DNA of 64,000 nucleotides from Verrucomicrobia bacterium UBA1319 (lineage in GTDB: Bacteria > Verrucomicrobiota > Verrucomicrobiia > Limisphaerales > UBA1319): the NCBI GenBank assembly GCA_002306985.1, contig DBTJ01000170.1, forward strand, positions 165 to 64,164, in the 5' to 3' direction. The position numbers and the translations under genes were made by a program. Of this stretch, positions 8,517 through 17,404 are shown piece after piece (the first letter of the stretch is position 1; each line of letters begins with the position of its first letter). The notes under the pieces are model-generated. The model was given only the letters and a program-made list of their open reading frames with translations. It was not told where the DNA came from and ran no database searches.

Positions 8517-9589
8517 GAACTTCGGATTTCGACTACGATTTGCCGCTGGAACGCATCGCGCAAACCCCGGCGCCCCACCGCGACGGGTCGCGTTTGCTCG
8601 TGGTGGACCGGGCCACCGGCGGCTTGACGCACCACCTATTCCACGACCTGCCGCAATTTCTGCGCCCGGGCGACCTGCTCGTACTCAATAATAGTAAAGT
8701 CCTGCCCGCCCGCCTGCGCGCCGTCAAACCGGACACCGGCGGCCGGTGTGAAATTTTACTGCTGGAGGAAAACGCGGTGAACGATTGGAACGTGATGTTC
8801 CGTCCCGTCAAGCGCGTGCGGCCCGGCACCCTCTTGCGCCTATTGCGGCCGGATGGCCAGGCATCCGAAGTGCGAGTGGAAGTCGTCGCCAAGTTTGAGG
8901 AAGGCCATTGCCGGTTGAAATTTTCCGGCGCGCCCGACTTGCGCGCGCGGTTGGACGAATTAGGTGAAATGCCCCTGCCCCCTTACATCGAACGCCCGGT
9001 GGGCAACCGCAACCCGGAGGATCGCGAGCGTTACCAAACCGTCTTCGCCAGCCAGCCAGGCTCGGTGGCCGCGCCCACGGCGGGCCTGCATTTTACCCCG
9101 GAATTGCTCGCTACGCTGACGCGGATGGGAGTTTCCATTTGCTATGTGACCTTGCATGTCGGCGCCGGAACCTTCGCGCCCGTGAAAACGGAAGAACTAT
9201 CCGAACATCCCATGCACGAGGAATATTTTGAACTGGAGGCGGCCTCCGCCCAAGCCCTCGTGGCCGCCAAGCGAGAACAACGCCGAGTGGTCGCGGTGGG
9301 CACCACTTCCATGCGCGTGCTGGAATCGGTGGCCGCCCAAAACCAGGGGCAAATCGTACCCACCCATAGCCGGACGCGGCTGTTCATTTATCCACCCCGC
9401 AAGTTCGAAGTGGTGGACGTGTTGCTGACGAATTTCCACCTACCCAAATCGACGCTGCTCATGCTCGTGAGCGCTTTTGCCGCGCCGGAATCTTTGGCGG
9501 GTCGGGACCTAATTTTAAACGCCTATCAGGAGGCTATCCGCCAAAAATATCGCTTCTTCAGCTATGGCGACGCCATGTTGATTCAATAA
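8513..9589 (+). CDS. queA: S-adenosylmethionine:tRNA ribosyltransferase-isomerase
   Basis: [30 protein letters not shown]...[19 protein letters not shown]...[12 protein letters not shown]. The ATG at 8513 overlaps the TGA of the S41 gene (ATGA). Confidence 0.92.
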   Translation: [358 protein letters not shown]

Positions 9590-9847
9590 GATCATCACCG
9601 CGAATTCACGCTTTACCACCGGGGTTTTGCGTTTCAAAACCGCGAAGATCATCCAACTCCAGCCTTGGTCTTTCATGCGGTAAAGAGCCGGGTATAGCGA
9701 GCCTTCCTTCACCACCAGCACTTCGTCCGAACGCTGCTGAATGCGCTGAGCGATGGCGTAGCCGCGCTTCGAACCGGCTTTGAGGGTCTTTAACATGAGC
9801 AGATCCAAAGTCCCTTGCGGCAGGTCGACTTGGCCATTTGGCATCAT
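9515..9847 (-). CDS. PadR-family winged-helix regulator with an aberrant C-terminus, probably a truncated remnant
   Basis: The N-terminal 63 aa are classic PadR (QGTLDLLMLKTLKAGSKRGYAIAQRIQQRSDEVLVVKEGSLYPALYRMKDQGW). The expected continuation (W..EWG.SENNRRAKYY.LT) is absent in all three frames. The tail runs 75 nt into the 3' end of queA on the opposite strand. Confidence 0.5.
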   Translation of the reverse strand: MMPNGQVDLPQGTLDLLMLKTLKAGSKRGYAIAQRIQQRSDEVLVVKEGSLYPALYRMKDQGWSWMIFAVLKRKTPVVKREFAVMILLNQHGVAIAEEAIFLADSLLIGV

Positions 9848-10041
9848 TCAAGTTATCCCTAGACGTTCTATTGGAGAGTCGCGTGCCTACCTGGAATGTC
9901 AAGGGGACGCCAAAAATATTCTAGCGGCGCAAGGCGCGGGACACGCCCCGGCTAATGGCCTATGGCGTTTTTATAACGGCCATCGGCGGCGCTCGAAAAC
10001 TCGGAGTGGTTGCGGACAGTTTGATCGGACAGGCTCCGGTC

Positions 10042-13000
10042 TTACTTGCCAAAGAGAGGGCTCGTCAAACGGTAATAGCGGCTGGCACTACCGGTATACA
10101 AAGAGTCCACGATCTCCACCGTTCGCCCTTCATCCGTCGCGGCGACGGCCGCCAAAACCTGCCATTGGCCCTGGTTCAGCTGATCGCAATATTGAACGGT
10201 GTACGCCCGCCCCGCCGCCGCCTTGAAGCGCAGCCGGATGGCCAGGGCCGGGGAGCGGACCCATTCGACCGTATCGATTACGGGCGCCGCCACCGCACCC
10301 ATCCCCGGGGTGCCGCCCAAGGTCGCGCTGGCGGCCCAACTGGCACCATCATTCGCGTTGGCGCTAAAGGAAGGATTTTTCCAGACGAGAGAATAACCAG
10401 CCCCGTCGGCGGCGGTAGGCCAGGATGCTTTGTCGTTATAAGTGAACGAGAACACCACCGTGTCGAGCGCATCCACCAAAGTCAGCGTTTCCCCGCCATT
10501 ATCCAAGTTGCCGGTGAACACGCCATTCACGGCGACGCCCGGATATTTGGCGGCAAGCGCTTCGGAATTGCGTGCCAATAGGAAATCCTGACCGGCGCCC
10601 AGGCGGGTCCCATTCGTGAAGGCGAAGCCGATGCCGGCCGTGAATTTAAGCCCATCCAGGCACAAGCGGTTTGTACCCGTATTAAACAGCTCGATAAAAT
10701 CATACTCGTTGCCATTGGTGGACCCCCAATCGGGCGCGTGATACATCAGTTCGCTCACGACCAGGCGACTCCAATCCTGGGTGGGATAAAACATGGCTTC
10801 CACGAGCGCGCTCCATTGGGTGCCACTGAGCGCCCTCGCCCGCACTTGGGTTGGAACCGTCACCACCAACGGGGCGAGATATAATTGCGCGGCGGCGGCA
10901 AGCACCCCGGTGCCGATTGTACGCGGGTCGGCGCCGTTGGTCGTAAAGTAAATCGCGCCGCCGCTATTGGTATGCGTGAGGGTTAAGTGAAAGTCGGCGG
11001 GCACGGAACCCCCATATTGGCTGAAGACGGGCGCCGAGATGGCGGGATATAAGCCCGCGCTTTGGAATTGCCGCAGCACGATGACGCCGCGTTGGGGCAG
11101 ATAGGTATTGAGAATCCAATCGCGCTCGGCCCGCCACTGCGCTAGGGTGCGAGGAGTGGCGGTGGTGTCATCACCCCACCGCGCCGATTCAACGAGCACG
11201 GCCGATTCGACTTGGGCGGCCAACTGACGGTAACGCTCGATGAGCGAGGCGGGCGAGAGCACGCCATCCTGAAAGAACCAGCGCTGCACGCGGTCGGCAA
11301 AATCCAGCTGGTACTCGCTTAGATTCTTCAAATAGTAATGGGGTTCACCCACCCAAGCGGCGGCGATGTCCGGGCGCGGCGCTTCCATGGTTAGGGGGGA
11401 ACGCTCTCGATTGTTGCCCATCGTGTTCTCGAAGTCCCAGGTGTAAAATTTGAAGCCGGTGCTATTGGTGGATGAGTCGCGGCCGAACCAGAAATTCTTG
11501 TTGGGCCAATCCCAATTGCCGCCCCACATGTTCAAGATCATGTAATCGATATAATTAGTTTTGTCCAAGTACACGGGAGAGGCTGGATTACGCGTTCCGT
11601 CGACGGCTTTACCCTGTAATTTCTGGTATTGAGCCAAAGTGGTGGTTTGGCTCGCCAGTTGGGTGAATTGGTTCCACGCGTCAGAATTCCCGCTTTTAAC
11701 ATCGCCCGCGTTGTTTGCGTCCCAAGCAGCCGCGTCACCCCCATAGTAACTGGCGGAGAAATCCTCATTCGGCCGCTCGGCCACGTTGTAGAGGCCCCAG
11801 TACAAGCCATTCAAATACAGGTGGACGAATCGCCCGTGAGGCGCGGCCTCGCCCATGGCCAATTGCAGGCGCCGGCCAAATTCGTCCCGGATGAACTGCA
11901 CGGTCGCGCCCGCATCCCCCCATGAATAGCCGTCATTGGCGCCGGCGCGAAACACGAGTGTATCGAAGGATTCGGCGGCGCCGCTTTCCTCGAACACGCG
12001 ATGGCGCAGTTTGGACGCCCCGTATGTTTCCTTGAAGAGCGCGCGGAAGGAGTGCTTATGCGTCACGCCCGAGTAACGGAAATAGCCACCCTGGATCCGC
12101 AAACCGCAATCCACCCGAAACTCGCTCACCTGATTGGTTCCCACCCATTCCAAGCTCACGGGCCGCTCCCAAGCCACCCCATGGCTGTCGGGATACGCGT
12201 AAATGCCGTCGCTCTCATCGAAGAGATTGGAAATTGTGGTGGTGATGAACACCGAGGGCAGCGAGCGCAGGGCATCCGTCATAGCCTCGGCGCCCACCGC
12301 GGTAATCCGGCTATCCAAGTTGTAATCCGCCGCCAATCCGGCCCACTGGGCGGGGTAACCCTCACTGATGGCGGAGGCTAGGTTTTGGGTGATCACGCTG
12401 GTAACGAAGACATAGGAGCGAGTCTCCACCGCCGAGGGAGCCCACCCGGCGCGGAACGCCGCCGCGCGCAACGGGGTGGTACGATCCACAGCGATTGGCC
12501 CGGAGTAAACCAGCCCGTTCAAAGTGTCTGGCGGCGTCCCGTTAGTGGTATACCGGATCTCGGCCCCATCGGTGGCGGTGGTGAGTTCCAGCGTGAAGGG
12601 CGCGGTGAACACCCCGGAATCCACGCTGAAGAGCGGCTTCGTTACCAACCCCAGCCAGCCGTCCGAATTGGCCGCGCCGGGGGTTGGCGCGGTAAAATAG
12701 CGCGGGCTGGAAAGCCGCGTCGAGCTGGCGGTAAGCTCCGGCAGGATGAGCAGCGTGGCGTCGTCCGCCGCAACGTTAAGCGCCTGGATTGCCAGTACAT
12801 TTTGCCCCTCGCGTAAACTTCCCAGAGCGGTGGACAAATCCATTTCCTCGCGCTCCGTGGCGGCGAGCTTCTCCGTTGCCGTGGCGTTCCAATCCAAGAC
12901 CGCGGGCGCGTTGCGACGGGCCACTTCAACTCCATTAAGGTACGCGACGAAGCCATCGTTGTAGCGCAGACTCAACGCCAACCGGTCCAGCGCGGGAGTC

Positions 13001-14217
13001 GCGGCCTCGCGCAAGGTGAACGGTAGGCGCGCCAACACGGTGGCGTTGGAGGACCCCATTGCCGCGCCGATGTCGGTCTCCAGCCAATCCGCGACGCGCG
13101 GGACGAGCGAGTTTCCGAAGACTTGCACTTCGGCCAGCGACAGCACGTCGAACTCGTCCGAATTGCCGACGCCGCCGGTGCCTGAAAGATCGGGGTCGGG
13201 CGTCCGGGTCACTCGCACCCGACCGCCCGCCACCGGCCCGCCGGTGAGCGCCTCCAGGTCGAGCGTGAGGTTATCCGGCGACTCGAGGGCATTTTCGGGA
13301 TTCAACCAGGCCGAAACAAAATTGGTGGCGGCGCCATTCGCGCTGAGCACGCGCACCGTGATGTCGCGCAAGCGCGACCCGCAACAGCTCACCCGATTCC
13401 ACAGAACGATGCGGCTGAGGCTGTAGTTGGTTCCCAAATCGACTTCCCAGGTGGCCGGCGTGTTCATCCCGGCCAGCGTATGCGTGAAGGTATTGATGTC
13501 GCCATCCACCGCGTTGCCGGAGGCATAAACAAAGTCGAGCGTGGATGATTGAGTGGTGGTTTTGCCCAAGGCCAAATTCGTGACCGCGCCCGAAGTAACG
13601 TTGGTTCCACCTCGATCAAACCCCAAGCCGACGGTCCCTTCCGTCCAGGCGGAGTCATCGAACTCCACCGCCGGCCAATCCGCCGGATAATCCGTCACAC
13701 TGCGCGGCACGCGCCATTTGGCCACCGCTCTCCTAGCGATCAACGCGAGATTGGAGACGGTCACCGACAATCCATAAGCGACTCCTTTGAATTGAGTGGG
13801 GTAGACTGGCGCGTACTCATGCGCCACCGTCATACCATCGGCTTCGATCAGCGCCAGATACCCCCCGGCGCCGCTCAAGCGAAAATTTGCGTGCAACTCC
13901 GCGCCCGCCACCGCGCGATCTTTCCCCGAGGCGAAGACCACGAGATACCCGCCCGCGGCGAGGTTCGTACTGGGAAAGGCCCACCGCCCGAAGTTGGCGC
14001 GGTCATCCGTCAAACGCCATCCGGCCAGATTCACCGGCGCCGCTCCGGCGTTATAGAGTTCAATCCAATCGGAGGCGTCCTGATCCTCATCCAGGAGGGC
14101 GCCGTCATTGAGCGCCATGAACTCGGAGATATACACGGTGTTTGCGGCCAGCGCGGGAGACGCCGAAACAACCGCCGCCAACAGGAAAATAAATACCCGC
14201 TGCAAAGAAGGCGACAT
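10042..14217 (-). CDS. Secreted CotH-kinase-family protein with two lamin-tail domains (LTD), an F5/8 type C (discoidin) domain, Fn3-associated domains and the shared C-terminal module
   Basis: Signal peptide MSPSLQRVFIFLLAAVVSASPALA. LTD1: ISEFMALNDGALLDEDQDASDWIELYNAGAAPVNLAGWRLTDD. Discoidin: NLALGKTTTQSS...AVDGDINTF...WEVDLG. CotH core: GLRIQGGYFRY..HKHSFRALFKETYG...YIDYMILNMWGGNWDWPNKNFWFGRD. LTD2: VVSELMYHAP...YDFIELFNTG. CTD at 10045..10278 ending SRYYRLTSPLFGK. Confidence 0.85.
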   Translation of the reverse strand: MSPSLQRVFIFLLAAVVSASPALAANTVYISEFMALNDGALLDEDQDASDWIELYNAGAAPVNLAGWRLTDDRANFGRWAFPSTNLAAGGYLVVFASGKDRAVAGAELHANFRLSGAGGYLALIEADGMTVAHEYAPVYPTQFKGVAYGLSVTVSNLALIARRAVAKWRVPRSVTDYPADWPAVEFDDSAWTEGTVGLGFDRGGTNVTSGAVTNLALGKTTTQSSTLDFVYASGNAVDGDINTFTHTLAGMNTPATWEVDLGTNYSLSRIVLWNRVSCCGSRLRDITVRVLSANGAATNFVSAWLNPENALESPDNLTLDLEALTGGPVAGGRVRVTRTPDPDLSGTGGVGNSDEFDVLSLAEVQVFGNSLVPRVADWLETDIGAAMGSSNATVLARLPFTLREAATPALDRLALSLRYNDGFVAYLNGVEVARRNAPAVLDWNATATEKLAATEREEMDLSTALGSLREGQNVLAIQALNVAADDATLLILPELTASSTRLSSPRYFTAPTPGAANSDGWLGLVTKPLFSVDSGVFTAPFTLELTTATDGAEIRYTTNGTPPDTLNGLVYSGPIAVDRTTPLRAAAFRAGWAPSAVETRSYVFVTSVITQNLASAISEGYPAQWAGLAADYNLDSRITAVGAEAMTDALRSLPSVFITTTISNLFDESDGIYAYPDSHGVAWERPVSLEWVGTNQVSEFRVDCGLRIQGGYFRYSGVTHKHSFRALFKETYGASKLRHRVFEESGAAESFDTLVFRAGANDGYSWGDAGATVQFIRDEFGRRLQLAMGEAAPHGRFVHLYLNGLYWGLYNVAERPNEDFSASYYGGDAAAWDANNAGDVKSGNSDAWNQFTQLASQTTTLAQYQKLQGKAVDGTRNPASPVYLDKTNYIDYMILNMWGGNWDWPNKNFWFGRDSSTNSTGFKFYTWDFENTMGNNRERSPLTMEAPRPDIAAAWVGEPHYYLKNLSEYQLDFADRVQRWFFQDGVLSPASLIERYRQLAAQVESAVLVESARWGDDTTATPRTLAQWRAERDWILNTYLPQRGVIVLRQFQSAGLYPAISAPVFSQYGGSVPADFHLTLTHTNSGGAIYFTTNGADPRTIGTGVLAAAAQLYLAPLVVTVPTQVRARALSGTQWSALVEAMFYPTQDWSRLVVSELMYHAPDWGSTNGNEYDFIELFNTGTNRLCLDGLKFTAGIGFAFTNGTRLGAGQDFLLARNSEALAAKYPGVAVNGVFTGNLDNGGETLTLVDALDTVVFSFTYNDKASWPTAADGAGYSLVWKNPSFSANANDGASWAASATLGGTPGMGAVAAPVIDTVEWVRSPALAIRLRFKAAAGRAYTVQYCDQLNQGQWQVLAAVAATDEGRTVEIVDSLYTGSASRYYRLTSPLFGK

Positions 14218-14229
14218 GATGCCTGATTG

Positions 14230-14254
14230 TGCCAGTCAAACCGCTGGACTGGCA
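14230..14254 (-). other. Perfect 8-bp stem hairpin (TGCCAGTC-N9-GACTGGCA) in the 90-nt gap between the alkD-like stop and the CotH start
   Basis: Read directly. There is no T-tract. It could be a weak terminator, attenuator or binding site. Confidence 0.3.
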
Positions 14255-14307
14255 AGCTTCGGCTGCGCGCGCAACCGCCCCGGGCACCGGGCCACCCGGG
14301 CCACCGT

Positions 14308-15018
14308 TCAGACCAATCCCTTCAAGTACAACTGGCGACGCGGTTCGGGAAAACGCTCGATGGCATAGCGCAACATGGTCCGAGACATGGCGCCATATCG
14401 CGGCATTAAGAAGGCCTCCAGTCCCGCTTGCCCGCAACGCTTACCCGCCTCCCGCAACATCCACCCTACGGCTTTGTGGATCAAATCATGGGGATCGCGC
14501 AAGAGCCGGTTGGAAATTTCGAAAGCGGGCCCTGGATCACCGCTTCGCGTGTAGGCGAACGTGGACAGCACGGCGATGCGGCGGGTCCACAAGTGATCGC
14601 TCAGCGCCCATACCCGCAGCTTGGGCAGCAAGGTCTCCTGGGTGAACGTAGCGCCGAGAATCACCGGCGCGGACAAATCCACCAAATCCCAATTATTGAT
14701 ATATTGAAAGTGCCGCTCATAATGGGCCGCGACGGCTTCGCGGCGGGCCGGAGAAGCTTTGGGCATTTGCAAGGTCCATATCAAGAGCGCCAGCAAGCGT
14801 TCCTCGTGGATGGGCGAACGCAGGAGCTCGATAACTTCGTCGTCAGCAACGCGCTGAAATTCCCGGGCCACGCGGCGAATTTGCGGCACGGTCACGCCGA
14901 TAAAACGATCGCCCTCGGCGTATTCGCCCGGGCCGGTTTTAAAAAAACGCTGGAGCCCCGCGGCTTTTGGTTTATCCGCGCAAGCATGCAAGGCCGCGAC
15001 GATTTTTTTCATAGGCAT
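14308..15018 (-). CDS. DNA alkylation repair protein (AlkD-like HEAT-repeat family)
   Basis: MPMKKIVAALHACADKPKAAGLQRFFKTGPGEYAEGDRFIGVTVPQIRRVAREF...NNWDLVD...IHKAVGWMLRE is typical of the DNA_alkylation family. Start chosen at the first ATG (15018) downstream of the exbD stop. Confidence 0.8.
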   Translation of the reverse strand: MPMKKIVAALHACADKPKAAGLQRFFKTGPGEYAEGDRFIGVTVPQIRRVAREFQRVADDEVIELLRSPIHEERLLALLIWTLQMPKASPARREAVAAHYERHFQYINNWDLVDLSAPVILGATFTQETLLPKLRVWALSDHLWTRRIAVLSTFAYTRSGDPGPAFEISNRLLRDPHDLIHKAVGWMLREAGKRCGQAGLEAFLMPRYGAMSRTMLRYAIERFPEPRRQLYLKGLV

Positions 15019-15058
15019 GAACGGTCGGTAACCCCATCCATCACGCGCCTCAGCGCCG

Positions 15059-15472
15059 CTAGGGTTTGGCGTTTTTCGTGAAGGCGTTAACGAATTTGAT
15101 GTTCGCGTTTTTGGCCACATCCATCACTTTGACAACCTGACCCCAGGGCGCTTCAGTGTCCGCGCGAATCACGAGGGACAACTGGGGGTTCTTAAGCAAA
15201 CGAGCTTGCAACTCGATTTCTAAACGCTCGGCGGTAATGGCGGTGGGGCCCAAGTATAAAAAGGGCTGGGTTTTGGCGATGGTCACCAAAACACTGTTCT
15301 CGGAAGCGCCCGTCTTGGATTGTTTGGATTCCGGCAGCGCCAGCTTCAAGGCGGGAGCCTGCTTGAAGGTGGTGGTCACCATCAAGAAAATCAGCACGAC
15401 GATCAAAATATCGATCAGCGAGATAATAATGATGGCCGGAGGCTGGCGGCGCTTGCGGATGAAGAATTTCAC
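15059..15472 (-). CDS. exbD: Biopolymer transport protein ExbD/TolR
   Basis: 137 aa with an N-terminal TM (IIIISLIDILIVVLIFLMV), followed by an ExbD-type periplasmic domain. There is a 4-nt overlap with exbB. Confidence 0.9.
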   Translation of the reverse strand: MKFFIRKRRQPPAIIIISLIDILIVVLIFLMVTTTFKQAPALKLALPESKQSKTGASENSVLVTIAKTQPFLYLGPTAITAERLEIELQARLLKNPQLSLVIRADTEAPWGQVVKVMDVAKNANIKFVNAFTKNAKP

Positions 15473-16089
15473 GCGGCCACCTTTTTCTTGCGTTTAAACT
15501 GGCGGCGCAGGAATTCATCGCACATTCGTTCCATCTCGACCGTCATCGTTTCCACTTTGCGCACAAAATAGCTCCAGGCCACCAGCGATGGAATGGCGAT
15601 GAGCAAGCCCATCAGCGTCGTGTTCAAGGCGATGGCGATGCCCCGGGCAAAGGCGGAGTTGTCGGTCACGCCTTGCTGCCCCATGTCGCCGAAAAGAGTA
15701 ATGAGGCCGTGAATCGTGCCGACCAAACCCAGCAAAGGGGCAATGCCGACGATGATTTCCAGGACGAGCAGCCCGCGTTCGAGCTGCACCACCTCATGCC
15801 GCGCCTGGGATTGCAGCACGTCCTCGGTTTCGGCCTTGGTGGCGCTTTGCTGTTCAATCGCCAAAACCAGTAACCGGCCGATGGGTGAAGGGTTGCCATC
15901 GGAGACGCGCCGGAGGGACTCGGCATCCTCCACCGTGTTGCAATGATCCAGGCATTCCTGAATGCGCCGGGGAATGACCTTGTTCCAACGCAACGCCAGC
16001 CCTCGTTCGATGATAAACGCCACGGCCACCACGGAAGTGGTTACCAACAGGACCATAAAAGGCCCGCCTGCTTTGAAGAATTCAAACAT
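15469..16089 (-). CDS. exbB: MotA/TolQ/ExbB proton-channel protein
   Basis: 206 aa with three TM segments and the conserved C-terminal half GIAPLLGLVGTIHGLI...AIALNTTLMGLLIAIP. Confidence 0.9.
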   Translation of the reverse strand: MFEFFKAGGPFMVLLVTTSVVAVAFIIERGLALRWNKVIPRRIQECLDHCNTVEDAESLRRVSDGNPSPIGRLLVLAIEQQSATKAETEDVLQSQARHEVVQLERGLLVLEIIVGIAPLLGLVGTIHGLITLFGDMGQQGVTDNSAFARGIAIALNTTLMGLLIAIPSLVAWSYFVRKVETMTVEMERMCDEFLRRQFKRKKKVAA

Positions 16090-16094
16090 AAGCT

Positions 16095-17228
16095 TTATTC
16101 GTAATAAAAAGTAAAACGGACTTCGCGAAAATTAACGCCGATTTTGCGTTTCATGTCGGCCGGCCACGGCGCGTAAGGCACCGGGTCCAGCACAGCCTTT
16201 TGACAAACAATCGCCAGCAAATCGCCCGCGTCATTTTCCGCCACCCGCATATTCGTCACCCGGCCATCGGACATCATGCGGAATTCCAACACCACTTTGC
16301 CGGTCTTGCCCCGAGTAAAATCTTGCTGCTCGAGTAATTGGAACCAGCGTTGTTGGATGGCAATGATGACTTGCTCATCGTAGTTGCCGAAGGGGCTTTC
16401 CTTGACATCCAAGGAGGACACCACCCCGCCGCGACTCACGCCGCCATCTTGCCGCATCTTGTTGCCCGCTAGCAGGCCCATATCGCGTCGTTCCGCCGGC
16501 AACGTGCGCCGCCGAGGTTTGGCCGCTGGCGCGGGCGTTTCCGGAACGGCCTCGCGCGCGGGAGTAGCCTCAGCGCTTAGGGGTTGAGGCTTGGCTTCGC
16601 TCATATTGCCAGCCGCCACTTTTTCCACCGGCTTGACCTCTTCGAGCTTGGGTTGCGGCTTCGTTTCGGGCTTGGTTTCCGGCTTGACCTCGGGCTTGAG
16701 CTCCGGGATGGGATTCACCACCGGATCTTCGATCGGTTTCGGCGGCGGCTGGGGTTTGGGATCGGGTTTAAGCTCGGGCAGAGGTTTAGGATTCGGCTTG
16801 AGCGTATCCACCGTCTTTATGATCTTCGTCTGCTTTCCATCAACCTTGGGGGTTTTGGTGTCCTTTTTAGGATCGGGATTGGCGGCCAGCGAATTGCGCG
16901 CGGAATAAAGCGGGGTTTCCGGCGGCGCCTGAGCGGTAGCTAAGGCGGGATCGACTTCGACATATAACAATGGGGCGTCCTCCTTTTTGGCTTGCTCCAA
17001 CTTCAACGGATTCTTCTCATTCTTCGCCAACTGTTTGGCCAATGCCGATTTCGGCGGCAACACGCGCATCCAGGAGGGTACCGAGGAATCCTGCCACCAA
17101 CCTTCATGGACCCCAATTTCGACAATGCATAAAACCTCGATGTGGAACAGCACGGACAAGGCAAAAGCCTGGACGAGCGGATTGTTCCGCCATTTTCGCC
17201 ACCAAGCTAAGATGCCCCGCATCACCAT
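16095..17228 (-). CDS. TonB-family energy transducer (N-terminal anchor, long Pro/Lys/Glu-rich linker, TonB C-terminal domain)
   Basis: The linker is KPDPKPQPPPKPIEDPVVNPIPELKPEVKPETKPETKPQPK. The C-terminus VVLEFRMMSDGRVTNMRVAENDAGDLL...VRFTFYYE is TonB_C-like. It lies 5 nt upstream of exbB. The start (ATG 17228) is uncertain. Confidence 0.75.
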   Translation of the reverse strand: MVMRGILAWWRKWRNNPLVQAFALSVLFHIEVLCIVEIGVHEGWWQDSSVPSWMRVLPPKSALAKQLAKNEKNPLKLEQAKKEDAPLLYVEVDPALATAQAPPETPLYSARNSLAANPDPKKDTKTPKVDGKQTKIIKTVDTLKPNPKPLPELKPDPKPQPPPKPIEDPVVNPIPELKPEVKPETKPETKPQPKLEEVKPVEKVAAGNMSEAKPQPLSAEATPAREAVPETPAPAAKPRRRTLPAERRDMGLLAGNKMRQDGGVSRGGVVSSLDVKESPFGNYDEQVIIAIQQRWFQLLEQQDFTRGKTGKVVLEFRMMSDGRVTNMRVAENDAGDLLAIVCQKAVLDPVPYAPWPADMKRKIGVNFREVRFTFYYE

Positions 17229-17404
17229 ACGGTCAGAATGCCGCACTTGAACCGGCCTAGCAATAGGAAGTTGCACCCGCAGGGTTGCTTGCTTTTTCTG
17301 GTTTTAGGCATAAAATGCCGGGGCTGTAGATCACTAGCTGGCCCAATCCAACCTCAATGGCCCCGATGAAGCCAGCCGATGGGTGATCTGGCCGTATCTT
17401 AAAT

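Noticed and set aside
13549-14226. Long ORFs antisense to, or out of frame within, the big genes. Examples: 13549..14226(+), 35681..36409(-), 49562..50401(+), 53606..54385(+), 54854..55525(+), 58828..59484(+), 60151..60768(+), 61879..62640(+), 63133..63810(+), 4347..4784(+), 4851..5357(+), 6497..7118(-).
   Set aside because: These are typical high-GC shadow ORFs. Their translations are Arg/Gly/Pro/Ala-rich with no recognisable motifs. Each lies entirely within a well-supported gene on the opposite strand or in another frame.
16600-16810. Short-period nucleotide repeats (AAGCC/GGCTT-type) on the minus strand.
   Set aside because: They simply encode the (K/E)P-rich periplasmic linker of the TonB-family protein and are not an independent repeat element.
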